The notes beneath the pieces were generated by a model that worked only from the letters and a program-made list of their open reading frames with translations, was not told the DNA's origin and ran no database searches. A stretch of 64,000 bases of DNA, taken from NCBI GenBank assembly GCA_964016885.1, contig CAXHJY010000096.1, positions 2,728,001 to 2,792,000 of the forward strand, in the 5' to 3' direction. The number at the start of each line of letters is the position of its first letter. The first letter of the stretch is position 1. The position numbers and the translations under genes were made by a program. This document shows positions 23,011 through 37,559 of the stretch, piece after piece. Source of the DNA: Eledone cirrhosa (lineage: Eukaryota).

Positions 23011-25054
23011 ATAATTTCCAGCCGTCCAAGGGGAGATAATTTTTTTTTAAAAATCAGGCGGAGATAATTTGTAAAAAAAATCAGGGGGAGATAATTTGTA
23101 AACAAAATCAGGGGGAGATAATTTGTAAAAAAAAATCAGGGGGAGATAATTTGTAAAAAAAATCATGGAGAGATAATTTCCAGCCGTCCAAGGTGAGATA
23201 ATTTCCAGCCGTCCAAGGAGACATATTTTCCAGCCGTCCAAGGCGAGGTAATTTCTAGCCGTCCAAGGGGAGATAAATTCCAGCCTCCAAGGGGAGATAA
23301 TTTCCAGCCAGCCAAGTGGAGATAATTTGTAAAAAAATCAGGGGGAGATAATTTGTAAAAAATATCAGGGAGATAATTTGTAAAAAAAAATCAGGGGGAG
23401 ATAATTTGTAAAAAAAATCAGGGGGAGATAATTTGTAAAAAAAAATCAGGGGGAGATAATTTGTAAAAAAAATCAAGGGGAGATAATTTCCAGCCGTCCA
23501 AGGGGAGATAATTTTCAGCCGTCCAAGGGGAGATAATTTCCCGCCAGCCAAGGGAAGATAATATTTAAAAAAATCAGGCGGAGATAATTTGTAAAAAAAA
23601 TCAGGGGGAGATAATTTGTAAAAAAATCAGGGGGAGATAATTTGTAAAAAAAAAATCAGGGGGAGATAATTTGTAAAAAAAATCAGGGGGAGATAATTTG
23701 TAAAAAAAATCAAGGGGAGATAATTTCCAGCCGTCCAAGGGGAGATAATTTTCAGCCGTCCAAGGGGAGATAATTTGTAAAAAAAATCAAGGGGAGATAA
23801 TTTCCAGCCGTCCAAGGGGAGATAATTTCCCGCCAGCCAAGGGAAGATAATATTTAAAAAAATCAGGCGGAGATAATTTGTAAAAAAAATCAGGGGGAGA
23901 TAATTTGTAAAAAAATCAGGGGGAGATAATTTGTAAAAAAAAAATCAGGGGGAGATAATTTGTAAAAAAAATCAGGGGGAGATAATTTGTAAAAAAAAAT
24001 CAGGGGTAGATAAATTGTAAAAAAAAATCAGGGGGAGATAATTTGTAAAAAAAATCAGGGGGAGATAATTTGTAAAAAAAATGAAAGGGGAGATAATATC
24101 CAGCCGTCCAAGGGGAGATAATTTCCAGCCGTCCAAGGGGAGATAATTTCCAGCCGTCCAAGGGGAGATAATTTCCATCCTTCCAAGGGGATATAATTTC
24201 CAGCCGTCCAAGGGGAGATAATTTCCCGCCAGCCAAGGGAAGATAATTTTTAAAAAAATCAGGCGGAGATTGTAAAAAAAATCAGGGGGGAGATAATTTG
24301 TAAAAAAATCAGGGGGAGATAATTTGTAAAAAATAATCAGGGGGAGATAATTTGTAAAAAAAAATCAAGGGGAGATAATTTCCAGCCGTCCAAGGGGAGA
24401 TAATTTCCCGCCAGCCAAGGGAAGATAATATTTAAAAAAATTAGGCGGAGATAATTTGTAAAAAAAATCAGGGGGAGATAATTTGTAAAAAAATCAGGGG
24501 GAGATAATTTGTAAAAAAAATCAGGGGGAGATAATTTGTAAAAAAAATCATGGGGAGATAATTTGTAAAAAAAAATCAGGGGTAGATAATTTGTAAAAAA
24601 AAATCAGGGGGAGATAATTTGTAAAAAAAAATCAGGGGGAGATAATTTGTAAAAAAAATCAAGGGGAGATAATTTCCAGCCGTCCAAGGGGAGATAATTT
24701 TCAGCTGTCCAAGGAGAGGTAATTTCTAGCCGTCCAAGGGGAGATAATTTCCAGCCGTCCAAGGGGAGGTAATTTCCAGCCGTCCAAGGGGAGATAATTT
24801 AAAAAAAAAAATCAGGCGGAGATAATTTGTAAAAAAAATCAAGGGGAGATAATTTGCAGCCGTCCAAGGGGAGATAATTTTCAGTCGTCCAAGGAGAGGT
24901 AATTTCTAGCCGTCCAAGGGGAGATAATTGCCAGCCGTCCAAGGGGAGATAATTTCCAGCCGTCCAAGGGGAGATAATTTTTTTTAAAAAATCAGGCGGA
25001 GATAATTTGTAAAAAAAATCAGGGGGAGATAATTTGTAAAAAAAATCAGGGGGA

Positions 25055-28000
25055 GATAATTTGTAAAAAAAAATCAGGGGTAGATAATTTGTAAAAAAAA
25101 ATCAGGGGGAGATAATTTGTAAAAAAAATCAAGGGGAGATAATTTCCAGCCGTCCAAGGGAAGATAATTTCCAGCCCTCCAAGGGGCTATAATTTCCAGC
25201 GTCCAAGGGGAGATAATTTCCAGCCAGCGAAGGGGAGATAATTTTTTTAAAAAAATCATTGGGAGATTTGTAAAAAAAATCAGGGGGAGATAATTTGTAA
25301 AAAAAATCAAGGGGAGATAATTTCCAGCCGTCCAAGGGGAGGTAATATCTAGCCGTCCAAGGGTAGATAATTTCCAGCCGTCCAACGGGAGATAATTTCC
25401 AGCCGTCCAAGGGTAGATAATATCCAGCCGCCCAAGGACATATTTTCCAGCCGTCCAAGGAGAGGTAATTTCTAGCCGTCCAAGGGGAGATAATTTCCAG
25501 CCGTCCAAGGGTAGATAATATCCAGCCGTCCAAGGACATATTTTCCAGCCGTCCAAGGAGAGGTAATTTCTAGCCGTCCAAGGGGAGATAAATTCCAGCC
25601 TCCAAGGGGAGATAATTTCCAGCCAGCCAAGGGGAGATAATTTGTAAAAAAATCAGGGGGAGATAATTTGTAAAAAAAATCAGGGGGAGATAATTTGTAA
25701 AAAAAAATCAGGGGGAGATAATTTGTAAAAAAAAATCAGGGGGAGATAATTTGCAAAAAAAATCAGGGGGAGATAATTTGTAAAAAAAAATCAGGGGTAG
25801 ATAATTTGTAAAAAAAAATCAGGGGGAGATAATTTGTAAAAAAAAATCAGGGGGAGATAATTTGTAAAAAAAATCAAGGGGAGATAATTTCCAGCCGTCC
25901 AAGGAGAGATAATTTAAAAAAAAATCAGGCGGAGATAATTTGTAAAAAAAAATCAGGGGGAGATAATTTGTAAAAAAAAATCAGGGGGAGATAATTTGTA
26001 AAAAAAAATCAGGGGGAGATAATTTGTAAAAAAAATCAGGAGGAGATAATTTGTAAAAAAAATCAAGGGGAGATAATTTCCAGCCGTCCAAGGAGAGATA
26101 ATTTAAAAAAAAATCAGGCGGAGATAATTTGTAAAAAAAAATCAGGGGGAGATAATTTGTAAAAAAAAATCAGGGGGAGATAATTTGTAAAAAAAATCAA
26201 GGGGAGATAATTTCCAGCCGTCCAAGGGGAGATAATTTTCAGCCGTCCAAGGGGAGATAATTTCCCGCCAGCCAAGGGAAGATAATATTCAAAAAAATCA
26301 GACGGAGATAATTTGTAAAAAAAATCAGGGGGAGATAATTTGTAAAAAAATCAGGGGGAGATAATTTGTAAAAAAAAAAATCAGGGGGAGATAATTTTTA
26401 AAAAAAATCAGGGGGAGATAATTTGTAAAAAAAAATCAGGGGTAGATAATTTGTAAAAAAAAATCAGGGGGAGATAATTTGTAAAAAAAAATCAGGGGGA
26501 GATAACTTGTAAAAAAAATGAAAGGGGAGATAATATCCAGCCGTCCAAGGGGAGATAATATCCAGCCGTCCAAGGGGAGATAATTTCCAGCCGTCCAAGG
26601 GGAGATAATTTCCATCCTTCCAAGGGGATATAATTTCCAGCCGTCCAAGGGGAGATAATTTCCATCCTTCCAAGGGGATATAATTTCCAGCCGTCCAAGG
26701 GGAGATAATTTTCAGCCGTCCAAGGAGAGGTAATTTCTAGCCGTCCAAGGAGAGATAATTTCCAGCCGTCCAAGGGGAGATAATTTCCAGCCGTCCAAGG
26801 GGAGATAATTTCCAGCCGTCCAAGGAGACATATTTTCCAGCCGTCCAAGGAGAGGTAATTCCTAGCCGTCCAAGGGGAGATAAATTCCAGCCTCCAAGGG
26901 GAGATAATTTCCAGCCAGCCAAGGGGAGATAATTTGTAAAAAAAATCAGGGGGAGATAATTTGTAAAAAAAATCAGGGGGAGATAATTTGTAAAAAAAAA
27001 TCAGGGGTAGATAATTTGTAAAAAATAATCAGGGGGAGATAATTTGTAAAAAAAATCAAGGGGAGATAATTTCCAGCCGTCCAAGGGGAGATAATTTTCA
27101 GCCGTCCAAGGGGAGATAATTTCCCGCCAGCCAAGGGAAGATAATATTTAAAAAAATTAGGCGGAGATAATTTGTAAAAAAAATCAGGGGGAGATAATTT
27201 GTAAAAAAATCAGGGGGAGATAATTTGTAAAAAAAATCAGGGGGAGATAATTTGTAAAAAAAATCAGGGGGAGATAATTTGTAAAAAAAAATCAGGGGGA
27301 GATAATTTGTAAAAAAAATCAAGGGGAGATAATTTCCAGCCGTCCAAGGGAAGATAATTTCCAGCCCTCCAAGGGGCTATAATTTCCAGCGTCCAAGGGG
27401 AGATAATTTCCAGCCAGCGAAGGGGAGATAATTTTTTTTAAAAAATCATTGGGAGATTTGTAAAAAAAATCAGGGGGAGATAATTTGTAAAAAAAATCAA
27501 GGGGAGATAATTTCCAGCCGTCCAAGGGGAGGTAATATCTAGCCGTCCAAGGGGAGATAATTTCCAGCCGTCCAAGGGGAGATAATTTCCAGCCGTCCAA
27601 GGGTAGATAATATCCAGCCGTCCAAGGACATATTTTCCAGCCGTCCAAGGAGAGGTAATTTCTAGCCGTCCAAGGGGAGATAAATTCCAGCCTCCAAGGT
27701 GAGATAATTTCCAGCCAGCCAAGGGGAGATAATTTGTAAAAAAATCAGGGGGAGATAATTTGTAAAAAAAATCAGGGGGAGATAATTTGTAAAAAAAAAT
27801 CAGGGGGAGATAATTTGTAAAAAAAATCAGGGGGAGATAATTTGTAAAAAAAAATCAGGGGGAGATAATTTGTAAAAAAAATCAAGGGGAGATAATTTCC
27901 AGCCGTCCAAGGGGAGATAATTTCCCGCCAGCCAAGGGAAGATAATATTTAAAAAAATCAGGCGGAGATAATTTGTAAAAAAAATCAGGGGGAGATAATT

Positions 28001-31000
28001 TGTAAAAAAATCAGGGGGAGATAATTTGTAAAAAAAAAATCAGGGGGAGATAATTTGTAAAAAAAATCAGGGGGAGATAATTTGTAAAAAAAAATCAGGG
28101 GTAGATGAATTGTAAAAAAAAATCAGGGGGAGATAATTTGTAAAAAAAATCAGGGGGAGATAATTTGTAAAAAAAATGAAAGGGGAGATAATATCCAGCC
28201 GTCCAAGGGGAGATAATTTCCAGCCGTCCAAGGGGAGATAATTTCCAGCCGTCCAAGGGGAGATAATTTCCATCCTTCCAAGGGGATATAATTTCCAGCC
28301 GTCCAAGGGGAGATAATTTCCCGCCAGCCAAGGGAAGATAATATTTAAAAAAATTAGGCGGAGATAATTTGTAAAAAAAATCAGGGGGAGATAATTTGTA
28401 AAAAATCAGGGGGAGATAATTTGTAAAAAAAATCAGGGGGAGATAATTTGTAAAAAAAATCATGGGGAGATAATTTGTAAAAAAAAATCAGGGGTAGATA
28501 ATTTGTAAAAAAAAATCAGGGGGAGATAATTTGTAAAAAAAAATCAGGGGGAGATAATTTGTAAAAAAAATCAAGGGGAGATAATTTCCAGCCGTCCAAG
28601 GGGAGATAATTTTCAGCCGTCCAAGGAGAGGTAATTTCTAGCCGTCCAAGGGGAGATAATTTCCAGCCGTCCAAGGGGAGGTAATTTCCAGCCGTCCAAG
28701 GGGAGATAATTTTAAAAAAAAAATCAGGCGGAGATAATTTGTAAAAAAAATCAAGGGGAGATAATTTGCAGCCGTCCAAGGGGAGATAATTTTCAGTCGT
28801 CCAAGGAGAGGTAATTTCTAGCCGTCCAAGGGGAGATAATTGCCAGCCGTCCAAGGGGAGATAATTTCCAGCCGTCCAAGGGGAGATAATTTTTTTTAAA
28901 AAATCAGGCGGAGATAATTTGTAAAAAAAATCAGGGGGAGATAATTTGTAAACAAAATCAGGGGGAGATAATTTGTAAAAAAAAATCAGGGGTAGATAAT
29001 TTGTAAAAAAAAATCAGGGGGAGATAATTTGTAAAAAAAAATCAGGGGGAGATAATTTGTAAAAAAAATCAAGGGGAGATAATTTCCAGCCGTCCAAGGG
29101 GAGATAATTTTCAGCCGTCCAAGGAGAGGTAATTTCTAGCCGTCCAAGGGGAGATAATTTCCAGCCGTCCAAGGGGAGGTAATTTCCAGCCGTCCAAGGG
29201 GAGATAATTTAAAAAAAAAAATCAGGCGGAGATAATTTGTAAAAAAAATCAAGGGGAGATAATTTGCAGCCGTCCAAGGGGAGATAATTTTCAGTCGTCC
29301 AAGGAGAGGTAATTTCTAGCCGTCCAAGGGGAGATAATTGCCAGCCGTCCAAGGGGAGATAATTTCCAGCCGTCCAAGGGGAGATAATTTTTTTTAAAAA
29401 ATCAGGCGGAGATAATTTGTAAAAAAAATCATTGGGAGATAATTTGTAAACAAAATCAGGGGGAGATAATTTGTAAAAAAAAATCAGGGGGAGATAATTT
29501 GTAAAAAAAATCATGGAGAGATAATTTCCAGCCGTCCAAGGGGAGATAATTTCCAGGCTTCCAAGGAGACATATTTTCCAGCCGTCCAAGGCGAGGTAAT
29601 TTCTAGCCGTCCAAGGGGAGATAAATTCCAGCCTCCAAGGGGAGATAATTTCCAGCCAGCCAAGTGGAGATAATTTGTAAAAAAATCAGGGGGAGATAAT
29701 TTGTAAAAAATATCAGGGAGATAATTTGTAAAAAAAAATCAGGGGGAGATAATTTGTAAAAAAAATCAGGGGGAGATAATTTGTAAAAAAAAATCAGGGG
29801 GAGATAATTTGTAAAAAAAATCAAGGGGAGATAATTTCCAGCCGTCCAAGGGGAGATAATTTTCAGCCGTCCAAGGGGAGATAATTTCCCGCCAGCCAAG
29901 GGAAGATAATATTTAAAAAAATCAGGCGGAGATAATTTGTAAAAAAAATCAGGGGGAGATAATTTGTAAAAAAATCAGGGGGAGATAATTTGTAAAAAAA
30001 AAATCAGGGGGAGATAATTTGTAAAAAAAATCAGGGGGAGATAATTTGTAAAAAAAAATCAGGGGTAGATAATTTGTAAACAAATATCAGGGGGAGATAA
30101 TTTGTAAAAAAAAATCAGGGGGAGATAATTTGTAAAAAAAATGAAAGGGGAGATAATATCCAGCCGTCCAAGGGGAGATAATTTCCAGCCGTCCAAGGGG
30201 ATATAATTTCCAGCCGTCCAAGGGGAGATAATTTCCATCCTTCCAAGGGGATATAATTTCCAGCCGTCCAAGGGGAGATAATTTCCCGCCAGCCAAGGGA
30301 AGATAATTTTTAAAAAAATCAGGCGGAGATTGTAAAAAAAATCAGGGGGGAGATAATTTGTAAAAAAATCAGGGGGAGATAATTTGTAAAAAATAATCAG
30401 GGGGAGATAATTTGTAAAAAAATTCAAGGGGAGATAATTTCCAGCCGTCCAAGGGGAGATAATTTCCCGCCAGCCAAGGGAAGATAATATTTAAAAAAAT
30501 CAGGCGGAGATTGTAAAAAAAATCAGGGGGGAGATAATTTGTAAAAAAATCAGGGGGAGATAATTTGTAAAAAAAATCAGGGGGAGATAATTTGTAAAAA
30601 AATCAGGGGGAGATAATTTGTAAAAAAAATCAGGGGGAGATAATTTGTAAAAAAAATCATGGGGAGATAATTTGTAAAAAGAAATCAGGGGTAGATAATT
30701 TGTAAAAAAAAATCAGGGGGAGATAATTTGTAAAAAAAAATCAGGGGGAGATAATTTGTAAAAAAAATCAAGGGGAGATAATATCCAGCCGTCCAAGGAG
30801 AGATAATTTTAAAAAAAAATGAGGCGGAGATAATTTGTAAAAAAAAAATCAGGGGGAGTTAATTTGTAAAAAAAAATGAGGGGGAGATAATTTGTAAAAA
30901 AAATCAAGGGGAGATAATTTCCAGCCGTCCAAGGGGAGATAATTTTCAGCCGTCCAAGGAGAGGTAATTTCTAGCCGTCCAAGGGGAGATAATTTCCAGC

Positions 31001-33750
31001 CGTCCAAGGGGAGGTAATTTCCAGCCGTCCAAGGGGAGATAATTTAAAAAAAAAAATCAGGCGGAGATAATTTGTAAAAAAAATCAAGGGGAGATAATTT
31101 GCAGCCGTCCAAGGGGAGATAATTTTCAGTCGTCCAAGGAGAGGTAATTTCTAGCCGTCCAAGGGGAGATAATTTCCAGCCGTCCAAGGGGAGATAATTT
31201 CCAGCCGTCCAAGGGGAGATAATTTTTTTTAAAAAATCAGGCGGAGATAATTTGTAAAAAAAATCAGGGGGAGATAATTTGTAAACAAAATCAGGGGGAG
31301 ATAATTTGTAAAAAAAAATCAGGGGGAGATAATTTGTAAAAAAAATTAGGCGTAGATAATTTGTAAAAAAAAATCAGGGGGAGATAATTTGTAAAAAAAA
31401 ATCAGGCGGAGATAATTTGTTTAAAAAATCAAGGGGAGATAATTTGCAGCCGTCCAAGGGGAGATAATTTTCAGCCGTCCAAGGAGAGGTAATTTCTAGC
31501 CGTTCAAGGGGAGATAATTTCCAGCCGTCCAAGGGGAGATAATTTCCAGCCGTCCAAGGGGAGATAATTTTTTTTTAAAAATCAGGCGGAGATAATTTGT
31601 AAAAAAAAATCAGGGGGAGATAATTCGTAAAAAAAAATCAGGGGGAGATAATTTGTAAAAAAAAATCAGGGGGAGATAATTTGTAAAAAAAATCAAGGGG
31701 AGATAATTTCCAGCCGTCCAAGGGGAGGTAATATCTAGCCGTCCAAGGGGAGATAATTTCCAGCCGTCCAAGGGGAGATAATTTCCAGCCGTCCAAGGGG
31801 AGATAATTTCCAGCCGTCCAAGGAGACATATTTTCCAGCCGTCCAAGGCGAGGTAATTTCTAGCCGTCCAAGGGGAGATAAATTCCAGCCTCCAAGGGGA
31901 GATAATTTCCAGCCAGCCAAGGGGAGATAATTTGTAAAAAAATCAGGGGGAGATAATTTGTAAAAAATATCAGGGAGATAATTTGTAAAAAAAAATCAGG
32001 GGGAGATAATTTGTAAAAAAAATCAGGGGGAGATAATTTGTAAAAAAAAATCAGGGGGAGATAATTTGTAAAAAAAATCAAGGGGAGATAATTTCCAGCC
32101 GTCCAAGGGGAGATAATTTTCAGCCGTCCAAAGAGAGGTAATTTCTAACCGTCCGAGGAGAGATAATTTCCAGCCGTCCAAGGGGAGATAATTTCCAGCC
32201 GTCCAAGGGGAGATAATTTCCAGCCGTCCAAGGAGACATATTTTCCAGCCGTCCAAGGAGAGGTAATTTCTAGCCGTCCAAGGGGAGATAAATTCCAGCC
32301 TCCAAGGGGAGATAATTTCCAGCCAGCCAAATGGAGATAATTTGTAAAAAAATCAGGGGGAGATAATTTGCAAAAAAAATCAGGGGGAGATAATTTGTAA
32401 AAAATAATCAGGGGGAGATAATTTCCAGCCGTCCAAGGGGAGATAATTTTAAAAAAAATCAGGCGGAGATAATTTGTAAAAAAAAATCAGGGGGAGATAA
32501 TTTGTAAAAAAAAATCAGGGGGAGATAATTTGTAAAAAAAATCAAGGGGAGATAATTTCCAGCCGTCCAAGGGAAGATAATTTCCAGCCCTCCAAGGGGC
32601 TATAATTTCCAGTGTCCAAGGGGAGATAATTTCCAGCCAGCGAAGGGGAGATAATTTTTTTTAAAAAATCATTGGGAGATTTGTAAAAAAAATCAGGGGG
32701 AGATAATTTGTAAAAAAAATCAAGGGGAGATAATTTCCAGCCGTCCAAGGGGAGGTAATATCTAGCCGTCCAAGGGGAGATAATTTCCAGCCGTCCAAGG
32801 GGAGATAATTTCCAGCCGTCCCAGGGTAGATAATATCCAGCCGCCCAAGGACATATTTTCCAGCCGTCCAAGGAGAGGTAATTTCTAGCCGTCCAAGGGG
32901 AGATAAATTCCAGCCTCCAAGGGGAGATAATTTCCAGCCAGCCAAGGGGAGATAATTTGTAAAAAAATCAGGGGGAGATAATTTGTAAAAAAAATCAGGG
33001 GGAGATAATTTGTAAAAAAAAATCAGGGGGAGATAATTTGTAAAAAAAAATCAGGGGGAGATAATTTGCAAAAAAAATCAGGGGGAGATAATTTGTAAAA
33101 AAAAATCAGGGGTAGATAATTTGTAAAAAAAAATCAGGGGGAGATAATTTGTAAAAAAAAATCAGGGGGAGATAATTTGTAAAAAAAATCAAGGGGAGAT
33201 AATTTCCAGCCGTCCAAGGAGAGATAATTTTAAAAAAAATCAGGCGGAGATAATTTGTAAAAAAAAATCAGGGGGAGATAATTTGTAAAAAAAATCAGGG
33301 GGAGATAATTTGTAAAAAAAAATCAGGGGTAGATAATTTGTAAAAAAAAATCAGGGGGAGATAATTTGTAAAAAAAAATCAGGGGGAGATAATTTGTAAA
33401 AAAAATCAAGGGGAGATAATTTCCAGCCGTCCAAGGAGAGATAATTTTAAAAAAAATCAGGCGGAGATAATTTGTAAAAAAAAATTAGGGGGAGATAATT
33501 TGTAAAAAAAAATCAGGGGGAGATAATTTGTAAAAAAAATCAAGGGGAGATAATTTCCAGCCGTCCAAGGGGAGATAATTTTCAGCCGTCCAAGGGGAGA
33601 TAATTTCCCGCCAGCCAAGGGAAGATAATATTCAAAAAAATCAGGCGGAGATAATTTGTAAAAAAAATCAGGGGGAGATAATTTGTAAAAAAATCAGGGG
33701 GAGATAATTTGTAAAAAAAAAAATCAGGGGGAGATAATTTGTAAAAAAAA
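25055..33750 (+). repeat. Long-range near-identical copy of window positions ~1-8430 (offset ~25,055, then 25,318 after a 263-bp indel)
   Basis: Pseudo-ORF offsets: 1381->26436 (25055); 2749->28067, 3198->28516, 4741->30059, 6292->31610 and 7224->32542 (25318). Shared rare variants GATAACTTGT, CAGACGG, TAGATGAATT, and the 498-bp duplication. Confidence 0.9.
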
Positions 33751-36700
33751 TCAGGGGGAGATAATTTGTAAAAAAAATGAAAGGGGAGATAATATCCAGC
33801 CGTCCAAGGGGAGATAATTTCCAGCCGTCCAAGGGGAGATAATTTCCAGCCCTCCAAGGGGAGATAATTTCCATCCTTCCAAGGGGATATAATTTCCAGC
33901 CGTCCAAGGGGAGATAATTTCCATCCTTCCAAGGGGATATAATTTCCAGCCGTCCAAGGGGAGATAATTTTCAGCCGTCCAAGGAGAGGTAATTTCTAGC
34001 CGTCCAAGGAGAGATAATTTCCAGCCGTCCAAGGGGAGATAATTTCCAGCCGTCCAAGGGGAGATAATTTCCAGCCGTCCAAGGAGACATATTTTCCAGC
34101 CGTCCAAGGAGAGGTAATTCCTAGCCGTCCAAGGGGAGATAAATTCCAGCCTCCAAGGGGAGATAATTTCCAGCCAGCCAAGGGGAGATAATTTGTAAAA
34201 AAAATCAGGGGGAGATAATTTGTAAAAAAAATCAGGGGGAGATAATTTGTAAAAAAAAATCAGGGGGAGATAATTTGTAAAAAATAATCAGGGGGAGATA
34301 ATTTGTAAAAAAAATCAAGGGGAGATAATTTCCAGCCGTCCAAGGGGAGATAATTTTCAGCCGTCCAAGGGGAGATAATTTCCCGCCAGCCAAGGGAAGA
34401 TAATATTTAAAAAAATTAGGCGGAGATAATTTGTAAAAAAAATCAGGGGGAGATAATTTGTAAAAAAATCAGGGGGAGATAATTTGTAAAAAAAATCAGG
34501 GGGAGATAATTTGTAAAAAAAATCAGGGGGAGATAATTTGTAAAAAAAAATCAGGGGGAGATAATTTGTAAAAAAAATCAAGGGGAGATAATTTCCAGCC
34601 GTCCAAGGGAAGATAATTTCCAGCCCTCCAAGGGGCTATAATTTCCAGCGTCCAAGGGGAGATAATTTCCAGCCAGCGAAGGGGAGATAATTTTTTTTAA
34701 AAAATCATTGGGAGATTTGTAAAAAAAATCAGGGGGAGATAATTTGTAAAAAAAATCAAGGGGAGATAATTTCCAGCCGTCCAAGGGGAGGTAATATCTA
34801 GCCGTCCAAGGGGAGATAATTTCCAGCCGTCCAAGGGGAGATAATTTCCAGCCGTCCAAGGGTAGATAATATCCAGCCGTCCAAGGACATATTTTCCAGC
34901 CGTCCAAGGAGAGGTAATTTCTAGCCGTCCAAGGGGAGATAAATTCCAGCCTCCAAGGTGAGATAATTTCCAGCCAGCCAAGGGGAGATAATTTGTAAAA
35001 AAATCAGGGGGAGATAATTTGTAAAAAAAATCAGGGGGAGATAATTTGTAAAAAAAAATCAGGGGGAGATAATTTGTAAAAAAAAATCAGGGGGAGATAA
35101 TTTGTAAAAAAAAATCAGGGTGAGATAATTTGCAAAAAAAATCAGGGGGAGATAATTTGTAAAAAAAAATCAGGGGTAGATAATTTGTAAAAAAAAATCA
35201 GGGGGAGATAATTTGTAAAAAAAAATCAGGGGGAGATAATTTGTAAAAAAAATCAAGGGGAGATAATTTCCAGCCGTCCAAGGAGAGATAATTTAAAAAA
35301 AAATCAGGCGGAGATAATTTGTAAAAAAAAATCAGGGGGAGATAATTTGTAAAAAAAATCAGGGGGAGATAATTTGTAAAAAAAAATCAGGGGTAGATAA
35401 TTTGTAAAAAAAAATCAGGGGGAGATAATTTGTAAAAAAAAATCAGGAGGAGATAATTTGTAAAAAAAATCAAGGGGAGATAATTTCCAGCCGTCCAAGG
35501 AGAGATAATTTAAAAAAAAATCAGGCGGAGATAATTTGTAAAAAAAAATCAGGGGGAGATAATTTGTAAAAAAAAATCAGGGGGAGATAATTTGTAAAAA
35601 AAATCAAGGGGAGATAATTTCCAGCCGTCCAAGGGGAGATAATTTTCAGCCGTCCAAGGGGAGATAATTTCCAGCCAGCGAAGGGGAGATAATTTTTTTT
35701 AAAAAATCATTGGGAGATTTGTAAAAAAAATCAGGGGGAGATAATTTGTAAAAAAAATCAAGGGGAGATAATTTCCAGCCGTCCAATGGGAGGTAATATC
35801 TAGCCGTCCAAGGGGAGATAATTTCCAGCCGTCCAAGGGGAGATAATTTCCAGCCGTCCCAGGGTAGATAATATCCAGCCGCCCAAGGACATATTTTCCA
35901 GCCGTCCAAGGAGAGGTAATTTCTAGCCGTCCAAGGGGAGATAAATTCCAGCCTCCAAGGGGAGATAATTTCCAGCCAGCCAAGGGGAGATAATTTGTAA
36001 AAAAATCAGGGGGAGATAATTTGTAAAAAAAATCAGGGGGAGATAATTTGTAAAAAAAAATCAGGGGGAGATAATTTGTAAAAAAAAATCAGGGGGAGAT
36101 AATTTGCAAAAAAAATCAGGGGGAGATAATTTGTAAAAAAAATCAGGGGGAGATAATTTGTAAAAAAAATGAAAGGGGAGATAATATCCAGCCGTCCAAG
36201 GGGAGATAATTTCCAGCCGTCCAAGGGGAGATAATTTCCAGCCGTCCAAGGGGAGATAATTTCCATCCTTCCAAGGGGATATAATTTCCAGCCGTCCAAG
36301 GGGAGATAATTTCCCGCCAGCCAAGGGAAGATAATTTTTAAAAAAATCAGGCGGAGATTGTAAAAAAAATCAGGGGGGAGATAATTTGTAAAAAAATCAG
36401 GGGGAGATAATTTGTAAAAAAAAATCAGGGGGAGATAATTTGTAAAAAATAATCAGGGGGAGATAATTTGTAAAAAAAAATCAAGGGGAGATAATTTCCA
36501 GCCGTCCAAGGGGAGATAATTTCCCGCCAGCCAAGGGAAGATAATATTTAAAAAAATTAGGCGGAGATAATTTGTAAAAAAAATCAGGGGGAGATAATTT
36601 GTAAAAAAATCAGGGGGAGATAATTTGTAAAAAAAATCAGGGGGAGATAATTTGTAAAAAAATTCATGGGGAGATAATTTGTAAAAAAAATCAGGGGTAG

Positions 36701-37559
36701 ATAATTTGTAAAAAAAAATCAGGGGGAGATAATTTGTAAAAAAAAATCAGGGGGAGATAATTTGTAAAAAAAATCAAGGGGAGATAATTTCCAGCCGTCC
36801 AAGGGGAGATAATTTTCAGTCGTCCAAGGAGAGGTAATTTCTAGCCGTCCAAGGGGAGATAATTGCCAGCCGTCCAAGGGGAGATAATTTCCAGCCGTCC
36901 AAGGGGAGATAATTTTTTTTAAAAAATCAGGCGGAGATAATTTGTAAAAAAAATCAGGGGGAGATAATTTGTAAACAAAATCAGGGGGAGATAATTTGTA
37001 AAAAAAAATCAGGGGGAGATAATTTGTAAAAAAAATCATGGAGAGATAATTTCCAGCCGTCCAAGGTGAGATAATTTCCAGCCGTCCAAGGAGACATATT
37101 TTCCAGCCGTCCAAGGCGAGGTAATTTCTAGCCGTCCAAGGGGAGATAAATTCCAGCCTCCAAGGGGAGATAATTTCCAGCTAGCCAAGTGGAGATAATT
37201 TGTAAAAAAATCAGGGGGAGATAATTTGTAAAAAATATCAGGGAGATAATTTGTAAAAAAAAATCAGGGGGAGATAATTTGTAAAAAAAATCAGGGGGAG
37301 ATAATTTGTAAAAAAAAATCAGGGGGAGATAATTTGTAAAAAAAATCAAGGGGAGATAATTTCCAGCCGTCCAAGGGGAGATAATTTTCAGCCGTCCAAG
37401 GGGAGATAATTTCCCGCCAGCCAAGGGAAGATAATATTTAAAAAAATCAGGCGGAGATAATTTGTAAAAAAAATCAGGGGGAGATAATTTGTAAAAAAAT
37501 CAGGGGGAGATAATTTGTAAAAAAAAAATCAGGGGGAGATAATTTGTAAAAAAAATCAG

